Counted from the first letter of the stretch, positions 38,782 through 52,960 are shown. The stretch: 64,000 nucleotides of DNA from Octopus sinensis (GCF_006345805.1 NC_043017.1:30194001-30258000); one strand, 5' to 3'. Notes: generated by a model not told the origin, from the letters alone. A program made the numbers and translations.

Positions 38782-39170
38782 CTTTTATCTTTTATCTTTT
38801 ACTTGTTTCAGTCATTTGACTGCGGCCATGTGGAGCACCGCCTTTAATCGAGCAACCGACCGGACTTCTTCTTTGTAAGCCCAGTACTTATTCTATCGGT
38901 CTCTTTTTTGCCGAACGAAAATGACGGGGACATAAACACACCAGCATCAGTTGTCAAGCAGATGCTAGGGGGACAAACACAGACACACAAACACACACAT
39001 ATATATATATCTACTATATACGACAGGCTTCTTTCAGTTTCCGTCTACCAAATCCACTCAAAGGCATTGGTCAGCCCGGGGCTATAGCAGAAGACACTTG
39101 CCCAAGATGCCACGCAGTGGACTGAACGGAACCATGGTTGGTTAGCAAGCTACTTACCACACAGCCACTC
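38781..39170 (-). mobile_element. SINE family A
   Basis: Near-full structure with small deletions. Confidence 0.9.
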
Positions 39171-39199
39171 ATATACTATATATATATGCACACTTACAC

Positions 39200-39620
39200 A
39201 AGGCCCTAAGAGAACCATACGAGTGAGATCGGGCCAGAGCAACAAGCTGGCGTCCGAGCCGATGGCACGTTAAAAACACCATTCCGAGCGTCATTGTTAC
39301 CTGCGCGCCTGCTAGCTCTTGTGCTGGCGGCACGTGAAAATCATTCAAGCAAGGTCTTTGCCAGTGCCGCTGGACTGGCTACTGTGCAGGTGGCAAATGA
39401 ATGGCACCATTTGAGTGTGTCCGTTGCCAGTACCGCTTCACTGGCCCCTTGTGCCGGTGGCACGTAATAACACCCACTACACTCTCAGAGTTGTTGGCGT
39501 TAGGAAGGGCATCCCGTCGTAGAAACTCTGCCAGGTCAGTCTGGTTCGCCAGACCTCAGTCAATCGTCCAACCCATGCTAGCATGGAAAGCGGACGTTAA
39601 ACGAAGACGACGACGACGAC
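39200..39620 (+). mobile_element. GC-rich retroposon 3' fragment with internal ggcacgt subrepeats and (GAC)n tail
   Basis: Four imperfect units ending ggcacgt...cacc, then ggcgttaggaagggcatcc...aacccatgctagcatggaaagcggacgttaaacg(gac)n; a trinucleotide tail suggests RTE-type mobilisation. Confidence 0.6.
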
Positions 39621-39844
39621 ATGCATGCATGCATACATACATACATAACATTTCCCTATTGCATAACTTTAAAATTTCTGAAGTCTTGTTCTTTATTACT
39701 ATGCAGAATTTGTTGAGAATAACTACGTCCTACAATTTTAGGCCAAAACGTCTAACCAAAGTCAGTCATCCATAAAGATTTTGACATTACCCAGCATTGC
39801 AACGTGAGAAAAGCCGTTATTTAAACCACGAAATATAGACTTCG

Positions 39845-40120
39845 CATATTGCGCAGGCTGCATTCTCTTACGATAGCCAAATACAGTCGATTTCTTTTGG
39901 CGCCTGACCAATTAAACTTTCACAAAGTTTAATCGGTAGAATTGTTATTGGCGAAATCGTTATTAACTTTGTGGAATCGTTATTTCTTACACCGTTATAC
40001 CTTACACTGCGTAATTCTTCACCGCCGCGGTGGCCCCCGTAAAGCGAGGCCGCGCAAAGCAATCTCTTGGTATTCTCTGCTTGCTTTGAAGAGAAACCGC
40101 ATTGCAACTATTTGGCACAG
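39845..40120 (+). promoter_or_regulatory. CpG-rich putative promoter or first non-coding exon
   Basis: Local CpG cluster (caccgccgcggtggcccccg...gaggccgcgc), CCAAT/ATTGG motifs, donor CAG|gtaata at 40120. Confidence 0.3.
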
Positions 40121-42139
40121 GTAATATTATTCTGTTCACAAATTGACCGCAATTTGGCATCCACTCAGACCAAAAATTAAGAGATAATTTGGGTACTTCA
40201 AGCCAACAAAACAAGTGATTGAGACAGTGTCTTGTCTGTTTAATGTTGCCCTATGCAGCTATACGTTGTACTTAGCAAGATTTTCATTGACTCCTTCGCA
40301 GACATTGATCTATCTACGTCGTTGGAATCGGTCTATATTGTCTCATCTCTAAGAAAGTCTACCTGATTGACACAGTCAAACATCAGCTTAATTCTTCTAA
40401 GCTAATGCCGGCAGCCACTAAAAACGACTGACTCTAAAACCTTCATTCTCTCTCCCTCTCACTTCTTCTTTCTTTCCTCTCTCTCTCCTTCTGATTTTTT
40501 TTTGTCACTCTCTCTCTTAACGATTAGCAGTATTGTTTTCACAATAATCGATAAAATGGCGACCCAATCTCCTTCATTCACAGCAGGATCCTGTCTTTGT
40601 ATATGACGATGAAAATAATACTTTCACCGTTTCACACTTTCTGCAATAATTTCAAAAAACTTAACATGCGAATCTGTTATAAAACTTTTGTCCCGATAGT
40701 CACCACTAGCCAAATATACATATTCGATACATATTTACCTTACAGTTCGCATGTTGGCGAACTTTTGTCCCCTTTGCTGTCGATTTCTTACTCTCCCCTA
40801 ACCTACTTGCTACTAGATCAATCACCAACCATTTTTATATAGATTACATTACTTAAAATCCTGAACCAACATTCGCAAGCCATACATAAACCTATCACAC
40901 GTTGACTCAACGAACAGGAATCTGGAAAGCAACATCAAATTGGGATACGCCAAATGTTTTTCTTTCAACGGGGAAAAACTACCACACACAATTCAACTCA
41001 TTAACGAAAAAATTCTGTGCGACCTCTCCTAATTCCTCAGAAACATTCAGCTACAGTCCTCAAATTCGCCCCACATTTAGTGTCTAAATAAAATTATGCA
41101 TATCTCCTGACAAAATCAGATCTTTAACATATAACTACGACCGCCTTCCAGCAACCAACTTTTCTCTTCAGAAGAGGAAAATACTAGGTAACCAACAATT
41201 ATTGACACCCTGCAGAGAAAAGATGTGGCTTCATTGAACTGTTACACTCAAATCCAAGGAGTTGCTTGTTTGCACCTCCCCACATCTTCGACCAAATCCA
41301 GAATAGAAACTATAAAATGATTGGCACAAAGTTATTCATAGGAACTCTCCAGCCTCTGGCAAATAGGAGTGCTCTCTCCAGATTGTACCATTTCTACTGC
41401 GACTAAGATAGAATCTTGAATCTATCCGGGATGAGAGCTTTTACACTCCAGATACCCCGCCTGTTTTCTTCACGTCTGTTCATTATAATGTTCTGATAAT
41501 GTTCTAATAATTACACTAGTCCCCTCAGTACTCATAATAAACTAATACTTCGACTCCAGAATCTCACCCGTTTCTATTACCAATTATTCTCTAATCATCC
41601 ACGAAAGATTTGATTTAAAATTGAAGGTGAATATGATATATATAGCACGAATCTGTCCAATGTAGGAGGAACGGCAATATGCATTGTCACCACTAGTTCA
41701 TCCAGATACAACATGCAAATGAGCTGGACGACCTAGGTTTCTGTAAGATGCTGACAAAATTAAATTTCATGGGTTCGAATCGACCCCTTAAAATATATAA
41801 TATATAAATATAAATGTTCATTTCTTTTATTGATTTACTGAATTCTTTCTGACAACAATATATCATCCTCAGAATGCAGCATTGTGGGAACGTATATTCC
41901 GACTCTACAGGAAGACCTTCCATTATCCACTGACGGTCGAAAGCTTATGCGACACGGTGCTCCTGGTAGCTTTTCAGCTAACTTCTTTATAGCAAATCCT
42001 ACACTTCTACCCTCTTTCTTTCTCTCTCTCACCCTCTCTCTCTCTCTGTGTTTTCAAAAGAATATATAACTCGCAGTGTTATTAGTTCTTCGTTAGTAAC
42101 ACAAGTTTCTGAAAATTCTGTAATAACCTATCTACTATA

Positions 42140-42535
42140 CGAACAAAGCCTGAAATTTGGAGGAGGACAGTGAATCTCATCGATCCCCGTACTCCACTGG
42201 TACTTATTTTACCTACCGAAAAAAGGATGAACGTTAAAGTCGACCTTGGCAGAATTTGAACTCAGAACGTAATGACTGACGAAATTTCTATTCCTATTTC
42301 TTTACTGCCCACAAGGGGCTAACCACAGAGGGGACAAACAAGGACAGACAAACAGATTAAATCGATTACATTGACCCGGGTGCGTAACTGGAACTTAATT
42401 TATCGACCCCGAAAGGATGAAAGGCAAAGTCGACCTCGGCGGAATTTGAACTCAGAACGTAACGGGAGGCGAATTACCTCAAGGCATTTCGCCTGGCGTG
42501 CTAACGATTCTGCCAGCTCATCACCTTTGAAAGCT
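42140..42535 (-). mobile_element. SINE family B tandem dimer
   Basis: Two bodies joined near 42290; the outer copy has an alternative tail. Confidence 0.8.
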
Positions 42536-42692
42536 TTGACATATGAAACGTCATATTTCCTTAGCTACTTTCCTTAAAGAGAAATCTTTCCGTTTTATTT
42601 TCATTTCCTGGCAGAAATAAGATGCAAATATTGTAACAACCGATCTTCAAATTCATGGTGGCAATGTATTCACGATTTCTATTCATTGCAGC

Positions 42693-42760
42693 ATGTCTTC
42701 TATTTATGTTTCTGCCGCTGAAATCGGTGATACTCGGTATGTTCAGCAGTCTGAAATGAG
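42693..42760 (+). CDS. Candidate coding exon 42692-42760 (MSSIYVSAAEIGDTRYVQQSEM)
   Basis: Strong acceptor tttctattcattgcag and donor GAG|gtaggt; only one frame open; ATG at second base. Confidence 0.4.
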
Positions 42761-43296
42761 GTAGGTATTTATTTAGGGTACATTCTGTAGTATCCTCTCT
42801 TACAATGAGAAACAGCGTTTCCTTAATAAGTTACCTATGGCGGAAACGAATGTGTTACTATATCGTGCATGAGAAATGGTGGATATATTAAAATAATTGC
42901 AGACGTAAATGTTAAGTGCAGGTCTTCCCTTTGCGAATACATATTTCAAGTAAAGATCGCACAGCAGCGTGTTACGCAAATGACATTTAAAATTTTACTT
43001 CTGTAGCTTCGTCGGCGAAGACTTTTCATGTATACACCCCCACAGCCCACATACATACCTGTCTTCAAATTTACACTGGTCGTTTTAAAGAGCTACTTGC
43101 AAGATATTTTTTCGTCTTTATTGATTCGACTGCTTATTTCAGTCGTGAATTAATTTTATCGATATATATTTATTTATAGAGTTAAATTTCTTATACAACA
43201 TCACGTTTGTCACAAGGCGTTATTACGTCAAACATATTTAACGAAGCAATGACTCCACCCCAGTACACACGTATCTATCAATTTAATGACGTATGT

Positions 43297-43890
43297 AAGG
43301 CGGCGAGCTGGCAGAAACGTCAGCACACCGGGCGAGAGACTTCGCAGTATTTTGCCTGCCGCTACGTTCTGAGTTCAAATTCCGCCGAGGTCGATTTTGC
43401 CTTTCATCCTTTCGGGGTCGATTAAATAAGTACCAGTTACGCACTGGGTTGATATAATCGACTTAATCTGTTTGTTTGTACTTGTTCGTCCCCTCTGTGT
43501 TTAGCCCCTTGTGGGTAGTAAAGAAATAAGTATTTCGTCTGCCGCTACGTTCGGAGTCCAAATTCCATCAAGGTCAACTTCGCCTTTCATACTTTCGAGA
43601 TCGATTTTCTACTCTAGGTACAAGGCCTGAAATTTTGAGGGAAGCGGCCAGTCGATTAGATCGACCCCGGTACGCAACTGGTACTTAATTTATCGACCCT
43701 CGAAAGGACAGACAAATGGATTAAGTCGATTACATCGACACCAATGCGTAACTGGTACTTATTTAATCGACCCCGAAAGGATGAAAGGGAAAGTCGACCT
43801 CGGCGGAATTTGAACTCAAACGTAACGGCAGTCAAAATACCGGTAATCATTTCGCCCGGCGTGCTAACGTGTCTGCCAGCTCACCGCCTT
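43297..43890. mobile_element. SINE family B cluster: + dimer (43297-43600) facing a minus-strand chimeric copy (43610-43890)
   Basis: Family B sequence in both orientations, adjacent. Confidence 0.85.
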
Positions 43891-46059
43891 ACCACATTAA
43901 TATATTAAGGAGAGAAGACCCTCCATAACCGATTTTCATTTTCTAAGTTGAGAGTACGAATATGACGACTATATCGAATAAATTATATGTTATAATTTAG
44001 ACACACTTTGAAGAAAAACTGTGCATTTTCGTCAAGGCGAACATCTCAGACTGTTCAGCAAGCTGCTTAAACAAACGGTAACACGAGATATGACATACTT
44101 TTATGTAAAATCAATGCATGTACAGACAAAACATGAAACATGGTTTTCGAACGAAATTTTGAAAAATGCTATCACAACATAATTTTTTTTCCGTAGAGAC
44201 TTATCAATGAATTGTTTGTTGAGAGAAACTGTTGACGATCGGTTATGAAAAATCTGATTGCGGTTCGCCATGTAGAGAGATATAAAAGACGTCGAATTTC
44301 GTTCAAGCGGAACGAAGTGATCACTTCATGTAGCAAGATAAATTGTACTTGGCTGTCGAAAGTCATTTAGTGGTGACACATTTCCGATAGCCAGAATGGA
44401 AAATTCCTAATGTGAAAAGCGAAACCTTCACATATTCTTCTAATGTCACAAATGCTTAAGTGATTTAAATCCTTCAAGAATCTATATATCGAAATAAAGC
44501 AATTAATATATTAATTTGAAGAGATGTGGCAATAGATTATATTTCCGACAGAGAATATTTGGTTTCATACGGTTATTTTTCGGGAATCTATTTGATTCTC
44601 ATAAATTTATCTCGAAAGGAATCTGTGGAAAGGTTTTATATCCCAAGAAGTCGTATAATCTTTTCCTTTTTCCTTCATTTTATTTTAAGGATGACTACAT
44701 TGAACTCTATATGTAAATATTTGTAAAATTATCGTTCCAGAGGTCGTTCTGCTGAAATATCAGATTACACAGATCTGCTGCATTTTATTCATTTATTTTT
44801 GTAAACAAGAAAATCAATAACTCAACTGTTTTGGATATAGTTTGTTATGTTGAAACTTCTATTTCGTTAATTAGAAAAATAAAGTCACGCCCATTAGCGC
44901 TTTCTCAAGATTTTGAATACTATCTGCAATTGTATTCAGTCAGGAAACAAATTGGAATCCACAGAAGATATTCTAGTGCCTTGCTGTGTTGTAAAAACTG
45001 GCCAACGGATTTAATCTGTCGCCAGAGAGCAGGAACAGCTTTCACGCATTTCCACAATGTGTCTAGTAAATTTCTCAATGTTTTGGTTGGGGAATGACAT
45101 GTACCCAAAGGGGCCACAGAATGGTATCAAAGGGAAGGCACGTGTCAGAAGGGAAACTATCTATCGCCATTCATTTTTTGTTCAGTTTCTACCTGAGTAT
45201 TTGTAGAAAAAATGCAGATAAAAGTCCACTAAAATGTATTCAATAATCATTATTTATTTTACTCTGGACGTTATTCAGTGTTTCATCGGTGAAGTGAATA
45301 TTATTTTTGTTTATCTTATTGCGAGAAATATCTATTCTAATGTTAAGAGGAAATATTCGATGATATTCATCCATTGTTGGTTTGGTTAATTCTGACGAGA
45401 ATATTGATATGTCTATGTATGCATTTATAAAGAAATATTTTCTTTTGGGCACCTTTCTAAAATGGTTGTCTAGAGAGATGCTACCATATTCTATTGGCAC
45501 ATATCTAATTTATATATAGGTGTATTAGTGTACTTCTGCTCCTGAAAATGTTACCCCAAAACGGATAGACATTTACCACATCCATGTATGTATGTGTTTA
45601 TGTGTATGTTCATTTGTTTGTGTGTTTATGTGTATCTTCATTTGGTTGTGTGTATATATGTGTGGGTTTTGATAATTCATGTTCTCGAAGTATGTGACAT
45701 GTCTTTATTTATAAACACCGTTCGGCTTTCCATTGGTTGACTGCTGAATAGAAAGCGAAAGACGTTTTCTGTCTCGCTTGAGATTATTAAGAAACTGTCA
45801 AAACAAAACGACAAGCAAGCAACCACCACCAACCCAGACCTTAACACCGGCACCAAAACCAGCAACGAAAATATGAAGCATAAAAAAAGAATAGAGTAAA
45901 CAAACAAAATAACAATAAAGAACACAAATTACAACTTCAATATCAGCTAAAGCGATCGAGAAAGCGAAGACTTAACAGAAATATCAATAATGACATATTT
46001 GACACGTCTATAAATAAATATATAAACATGGTGTCTTGGTTCTACAACTTTCTTCAACG

Positions 46060-46105
<46 letters not shown>

Positions 46106-47640
46106 TATACACATATATATATACACATACATACACACACATACATATACACACATATATATATATATACATACATATACACATATATTCATACATACAT
46201 ATATATATACATACATATACACATATATACATACATATATATATACATACAAATATATATACACATACATACATATATATATACATACGCATATATATAT
46301 ACACATATATACACATCCACACGTATACAAATACACACATCTATACACATACACACATATACACACATACACACACATATATATATATACATACACATAT
46401 ATATATATATACATACACACGCATATATACATGCATACACACATATATGCATATACATATATATGTATATACATATATACACACGCATGTTTATATATAT
46501 ATATATATACATACATACACACATGTTTATATATACATACACGCACATATATATAAACATTTATATACACACACATATATACATACACATATACATACAC
46601 ATATACATATATATATATATATAATTATATTTATATCTGGATATGCGCGGCAGGGAGATGGTTGACGTCAAGGGAAGCGAAAGGGATCGTGTTAATCTGC
46701 TTATAAGTCGATATTGAACTAAAAGAATCTTAATAACCTACTTTTGATTGGGATCACCTAAATCTAGGTAAAACAGTGAATCCACTAAGGGGTTATTTCG
46801 TCTTTAGGTTATTTGATACAAGCGAGGCATTGATGCCCCACCACCAACACCACCACCAACAGTAGTATTAGGAATAGGAAAACAAGATATATTTTTATCC
46901 GCACATATACATACAAGACACCAGGCCATAACCACACATATAAATTTGTATATTCTTTTCCCAAATTAGAGTTTATTTGTCGGATTTTGCAGTTGTAATC
47001 CATCTCTTTGCCGTCAAAAATTGCGAGATTTAATTGAAATATTAGAAGAGATTAGATTTTTCTAAGAATTCAAGACAAATTAATTATGATATTGCATGAT
47101 ATTCGCTCCTATATTTATCGAGATACTTTGTTTATCCAATTGCGCGTTTGTTTGTGTAGTTTATTTGTTGTTGTTGTGTGTTGTTGTTGTTGTATATGAT
47201 ATTTATTCCCTCTGCCCGAGTCGTGTCTAAGAATTAGGTGCAGTTTATCTTCGCCGCTATAAATATGAACATACAGAATCACAATCACACGCACACACAC
47301 GCACTATACATAGATACACACACATATATATATATATACATATATGTATATACACATGCATATGCATGTATATACATGCATATGCATATATATATATGTA
47401 TATGTATATATATACACACATATCCATATATATATATATATACATATCCATAAATATAAACACATATATATATACATACATATACACATATCCATATATA
47501 TATATATTCACATATATATACATACATATACACATATATTCATATACACACATATATACACATGTACATATACATACATATATTTATATATGCATACACA
47601 TACATATGTATATATATATATATATACATACACACACACT
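46060..47640. repeat. Compound (TA)/(CA) microsatellites 46060-46625 and 47280-47640
   Basis: Direct reading. Confidence 0.9.
46663..46670. promoter_or_regulatory. Perfect CRE palindrome TGACGTCA (within ttgacgtcaa)
   Basis: Motif seen in a short GC-richer patch; function unverified. Confidence 0.2.
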
Positions 47641-48654
47641 TGGAAACACACGCATGTACACAGACTCACGTAGATGCATAAAAACCGAGAAACGCCTAGA
47701 TTTAATGACGCACATACATACAAACAGACATATAATGGCCGCCATATATAATCATCGATGCGTTTGTGTGGAAATGTTGTAGGAACTTGTGTCTACTTGA
47801 GTGACGATGTCTCTGTGCAATTGTGGTTGCGTCTAACTGTGTTCGCACACGCTCAGATGAAATTTTACACAAGCTCGGGTCTCTTCGTGAGAACGAGTGT
47901 GTGTATGTATGGAAATTAATCTTGTCTGTGAGAATGGAAGATTGTGGACGTGTATGCGTATGAACATGTCAAAAGTGACATGCGGTTTATGTATGTGTTA
48001 GGCTCTTGATACGCATGCGTGAGCGGAAGTGTCTTTCTAAATGAATACATTTGTACGAATGTGTATCTGTGACTCTGTATGTATGTATGTATGTATGTAT
48101 GTACACCGAATCGTTTATATTTCTTTATTCGTTTGCATGAGAGAGAGTATGTGTGTGAGAGAAGACGAAGAGTATTTTATTCTTCTAAAGGTTTCTCTAA
48201 TTGGACTATCGCCAAACTAGATCATTAACGTGAATTATATCGAGATATTAACTTCGTCTGCTTGATAGTTTATTGAGAGATTGCATGTCTCAAGCCACTA
48301 GAGTTACCTCCCTTTAATTACTCAAAATTATTTACGCCCATTGACGCAGGCGCACACTTAGCGTTTCCTAATGAAAGAATAAATACGATGGGCTTCGGTT
48401 CATATTTCGGCCACTAAATTTCCGTCAGTACACACAAGGATAATTGTAATAGAAAACACGTGAGCAAGTGACTGCATATATGTAAGGAATACACACACAC
48501 AGTCATGCATACACACATTGAGAACACAGAGAGACAGACACACATAGCCACACACACACATTACATACATACACACACACATACACACATACAAACACAC
48601 ATACACACGCATACATACACACACACACACACACACATATATACATACACACAG

Positions 48655-48975
48655 ATAGATAGATAGATGATAGATAGATAGATGATAGATAGATAGATGA
48701 TAGATAGATAGATGATAGATAGATAGATGATAGATAGATAGATGATAGATAGATAGATGATAGATAGATAGATGATAGATAGATAGATGATAGATAGATA
48801 GATGATAGATAGATAGATGATAGATAGATAGATGATAGATAGATAGATGATAGATAGATGATAGATAGATGATAGATAGATGATAGATAGATGATAGATA
48901 GATGATAGATAGATGATAGATAGATGATAGATAGATGATAGATAGATGATAGATAGATAATAGATAGATAGATTG
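48655..48975. repeat. (GATA)n-derived higher-order repeat
   Basis: 15-nt unit gatagatagatagat, then 11-nt unit gatagatagat. Confidence 0.95.
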
Positions 48976-49181
48976 AATGATTCATTCATTCACTGATAGT
49001 TTGAATTAGAAAATGTGAAAGCACAACATTTGCCATCACTTCCAAATATTTAAGGTTGATGGGAAGTATTAAGAGGTAGAGACAACTTTACAGCCGTTTC
49101 TAGAATAGCCAGTTATGTAGATTATGATATTGGGTAAGGAATTCCATAAGCTAAGTATTCTGTCATTGGTAGAGAGAAGTA

Positions 49182-49561
49182 GGAGGCGCAATGGCCCAGT
49201 GGTTAGGGCAGCGGACTCGCGGTCGGACGATCGTGGTTTCGATTCCCAGACCGGGCATTGTGAGTGTTTATTGAGCGAAAACACCTAAAGCTCCATGAGG
49301 CTCCGGCAGAGGGTGGTGGTGAATCCTGCTGTACTCTTTCTCCACAACTTTCTCTCGCTCTTTCTTCCTGTTTCTGTTGTACCTGTATTTCAAAGGGCCG
49401 GCCTTGTCACTCTCTGTGTCACGCTGAATCTCTTCGAGAACTACGTTAAGGGTACACGTGCCTGTGGAGTGCTCAGCCACTTGCACGTTAATATCACGAG
49501 CAAGCTGTTCCGTTGATCGTATCAGCTGGGACCCTCATCGTCGCAACCGACGGAGTGCTCC
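49182..49561 (+). mobile_element. SINE family C, full length
   Basis: 12-bp TSD tagagagaagta at 49170 and 49562; A and B boxes. Confidence 0.9.
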
Positions 49562-49715
49562 TAGAGAGAAGTAATAAAATTTAGACGCAAAGAATATCCA
49601 CAATTCATGATATTAGTATTTTCCGGTTTCTCAGACTGGAAGTATATGATATGCTTTAGGTAGTCACCCAATCCATTTACATTACCTATGTTGACGAAAT
49701 TTCCTTGCATATATT

Positions 49716-49791
<76 letters not shown>

Positions 49792-50152
49792 ACTCTTAAT
49801 CTTTTAATAATAAAATTCTTTCAGTTATTTTTAGTATGTCCATACTGGAGCACCGCCTTGAATACTAATTTTCTAGGTCTCTTTGCGGAAATGCTAATTT
49901 ACGGGGATGTAAGTACACCAATATCGGGTGTTAAGTGATAGTGCTCAAACACAGAAAGAAACGCAAACACACACACACACACACAAAATATTTACATATA
50001 TGTATACTCCATGCGTCATTGTCTTTCCAAATCTTTGATGACATCCATACAAAGTGCCACACCGTGGGACTGAACCAGAGGCATATTGGTTGTGAAGTTA
50101 TCTTCTTACCACACAGCCAAGCCAGCACCTCTCTCTCTCTCTCTTTACATAA

Positions 50153-50201
<49 letters not shown>

Positions 50202-50470
50202 CAAAGGAAAACTGAATAAGAGACGAATGGTCGGGATGTTGTGAGACCATTTCTATCTTGAAGTCTTCTTCGAATGTTTCGACGGATGCACTCCAAAAAT
50301 GTCTGACAGCATAAATTATGGTCAGCAGTGCGTGAATCTCAGGAAGGATATAAATATCAATCTCATTAGACATATTAACAGAAATAGAAAGTCGTGTAAC
50401 ACGTAACGTATTATATTCATTTATACACACACTCAAATATGCGACGTGTAAAAAATATAAACTCTATATT

Positions 50471-50663
50471 TACTCTCTTTTACTCTTTTACATGTTTCAG
50501 TCATTTGACTGCGGCCATGCTGGAGCACCGCCTTTAGTCGAGCAAATCGACCCCGGGACTTATTCTGTCGGTCTCTTTAGCCGAACCGCTAAGTTACGGG
50601 GACGTAAACACAGCAGCATCGGTTGTCAAGCAATGCTAAGGGGACAAACACACATACACATAC

Positions 50664-50703
<40 letters not shown>

Positions 50704-50865
50704 GACAGGCTTCTTTCAGTTTCCGTCTACCAAATCCACTGACAAGGCATTGGTTGGCCCGGGGCTATAGCAGAAGACACTTGCCCAAGATGCCACGAAG
50801 TGGGACTGAACCCGGAACCATGTGGTTGGTTAGCAAGCTACTTACCACACAGCCACTCCTGCGCC
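50471..50865 (-). mobile_element. SINE family A
   Basis: Full structure with a deletion in the tail region. Confidence 0.9.
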
Positions 50866-51092
50866 TATATATACATGCAAAGAAACACAAACATACAGAA
50901 GCACCTATGCATACGCACGCATTAATATACATACACATAAACATCATATGTGTGTGTTTTGTGTGTGTGTGTGATATATTACCCGGACATATACCGTGGA
51001 AGCTCTCAGTCATCTTCCAGGTAACGGCTAATCGCCTCTATCAGTATTTATCGTCTATGACAACTAGACCTTATCACTCACTCTCTTTCTTT

Positions 51093-51440
51093 CTTTACTC
51101 TTTTACTTGTCTATCATTTGACTGCTGCGGCCATGCTGGAGCACCACCTTTTTAGTCGAGCAAATCGACCCCAGGACTTATTCTTTTGTAAGCCTAGTAC
51201 TTATTCTATCGGTCTCTTTTGCCGAACCGCTAAGTTACGGGGGACATAAACACACCTGCATCGGTTGTCAAGCGATGTTGGTGGGGACAAACACAGACAC
51301 ACAAACATATACACATACATATATACGACGGGCTTCTTTCAGTTTCTTTCTGCCGAATCCACTCGCAAGGCTTTGGTCGGCCCGAGGCTATAGTAGAAGA
51401 CACTTGCCCAAGGTGCCACGCAGTGCGACTGAACCCGGAA
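51093..51440 (-). mobile_element. SINE family A, 5'-truncated
   Basis: Tail and body present, head cut at gaacccggaa. Confidence 0.85.
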
Positions 51441-51748
51441 ATTCCTCCGATGTTTAATTCTGATTCCGTTTCAGCGGATTGCAATATTATCTAGATTGTA
51501 TATTTGCAATAATTATAATGATAAGCGATGTAAAAGTCAGTACTGGAATCCAGTGTTTTGGTGTGCTTCGGTTCATATAAATTCAAGTTATACGCAGATC
51601 AGTGTAAATTTGTAATTCTTATACTATCCTCCTGTGGTTAAAATGCAAATTGCAGTGATACTGTTTTGTTAAAATCCACAGCTACACACATCGTAAAAAT
51701 GTACATCCTGCCAATGAAAACGGATTGCAATAAGAACATTTACGAATA

Positions 51749-52130
51749 TCTCTCTCTATATAAACGGCAGTTTGTCTGTGCGTGTTTCTGTGTGTCTGTT
51801 TGCTTGTACCCTCACCCTGACCACGGCTTTCAACCGATTCTGATGAAACTTGACACACACATAGCCCAATGTCATAATTCAAAACTAACGCAGCGAAAAT
51901 TTTGAAAAGTTCCCCCAGTTCTGAAAAAAAATCGATAAATTCGACATGGGGTCGAGAATCAGAAACACAAACCGCAAACTGTCTAGGGGACGCAACACCA
52001 CCTTTTTTTACTCTCAAAAAAAATTACCATCATTTTTTTCATTTTTTGCTATTTTTTGTCTATAACTCTCTAAAAATGCTTTATAGTTATTTCCCTTACA
52101 AATCTGAGCAACGCCGGGCGATACTGCTAG
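51749..52130 (+). mobile_element. Non-autonomous Helitron
   Basis: 5' TC, 3' hairpin gagcaacgccgggc then CTAG, inserted between A and T. Confidence 0.8.
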
Positions 52131-52456
52131 TAGTTAATAACAAAAGGAATGGAAACTATTGTTACGTATACGCATATTGAATTTTATTCATTTCAAAGAG
52201 GATTTTAACAGATGTAGCTAGCAGTGCTGTATATAATTTTATATTCAAAACAGCCCATTAGACGTGGTAATGTGATTTGCAAGGATGGAAAATTAAATTG
52301 AGGAAACAGTTCGTACGAAGTACATCCGTATGTTTTATATTTAAGTACTTACTTGCAAAGAAAGTAATTCTCAACAACGACAACAGAGAAGTCAGACTAC
52401 CAAGTGCATGGTGGAAATATTTACAAAAACGTTGGTCTTTCGGTCTGGAGACCTAA

Positions 52457-52960
52457 TCTTTATATATAAAAGTCAAGTTGTGTGAGTGTCTGTCCCCTTC
52501 GATTTAGATTCCTAACTACTCCCACATTTTGTGGTGCCGTTTAACCAAAAGCGGGTATCTTATAGTCGTGATTCATATCGAGCCCGTCTGACTATTAGCG
52601 CGCGTCTACGATGAGTCTACAATTTTAAAAATAATTTAACATCATTTTTTATTACATTTTAATGCATAATTTTTCGTGTGTCGATGGCGGCGGAGTTGGC
52701 GTCCATGGTCACACCTGCACCTGTTTGCTTCTCCCCCTTCCCTCCCTCGTGAAGCTGTGGGGAAGGGAGTGTAAGGAAATCAACGTCGTAATGCGTTGTC
52801 AAGGAAACCAGCGTTCTTTTAGAACAACGACTTCATGGCTTGAAGACACCAAAACAAAAATGGCTAAGAAAGCCCGAATTTATAAGAGAAGTAACTCTCT
52901 AAAAATGCTTATATAGTTATTTCCCTTACAAACCCGAGCAACGCCGGGCAATACTGCTAG
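52457..52960 (+). mobile_element. Non-autonomous Helitron
   Basis: a|tctttatatataaaag...cccgagcaacgccgggcaatactgCTAG|t. Confidence 0.85.

Noticed and set aside
39260-39480. CRISPR-like repeat-spacer array
   Set aside because: Repeats are degenerate, spacers are related to each other, the context is eukaryotic and no cas genes are present
40600-41500. Degenerate LINE ORF1 or gag-like region
   Set aside because: C/A-rich and suggestive, but no zinc knuckle or continuous motif could be read
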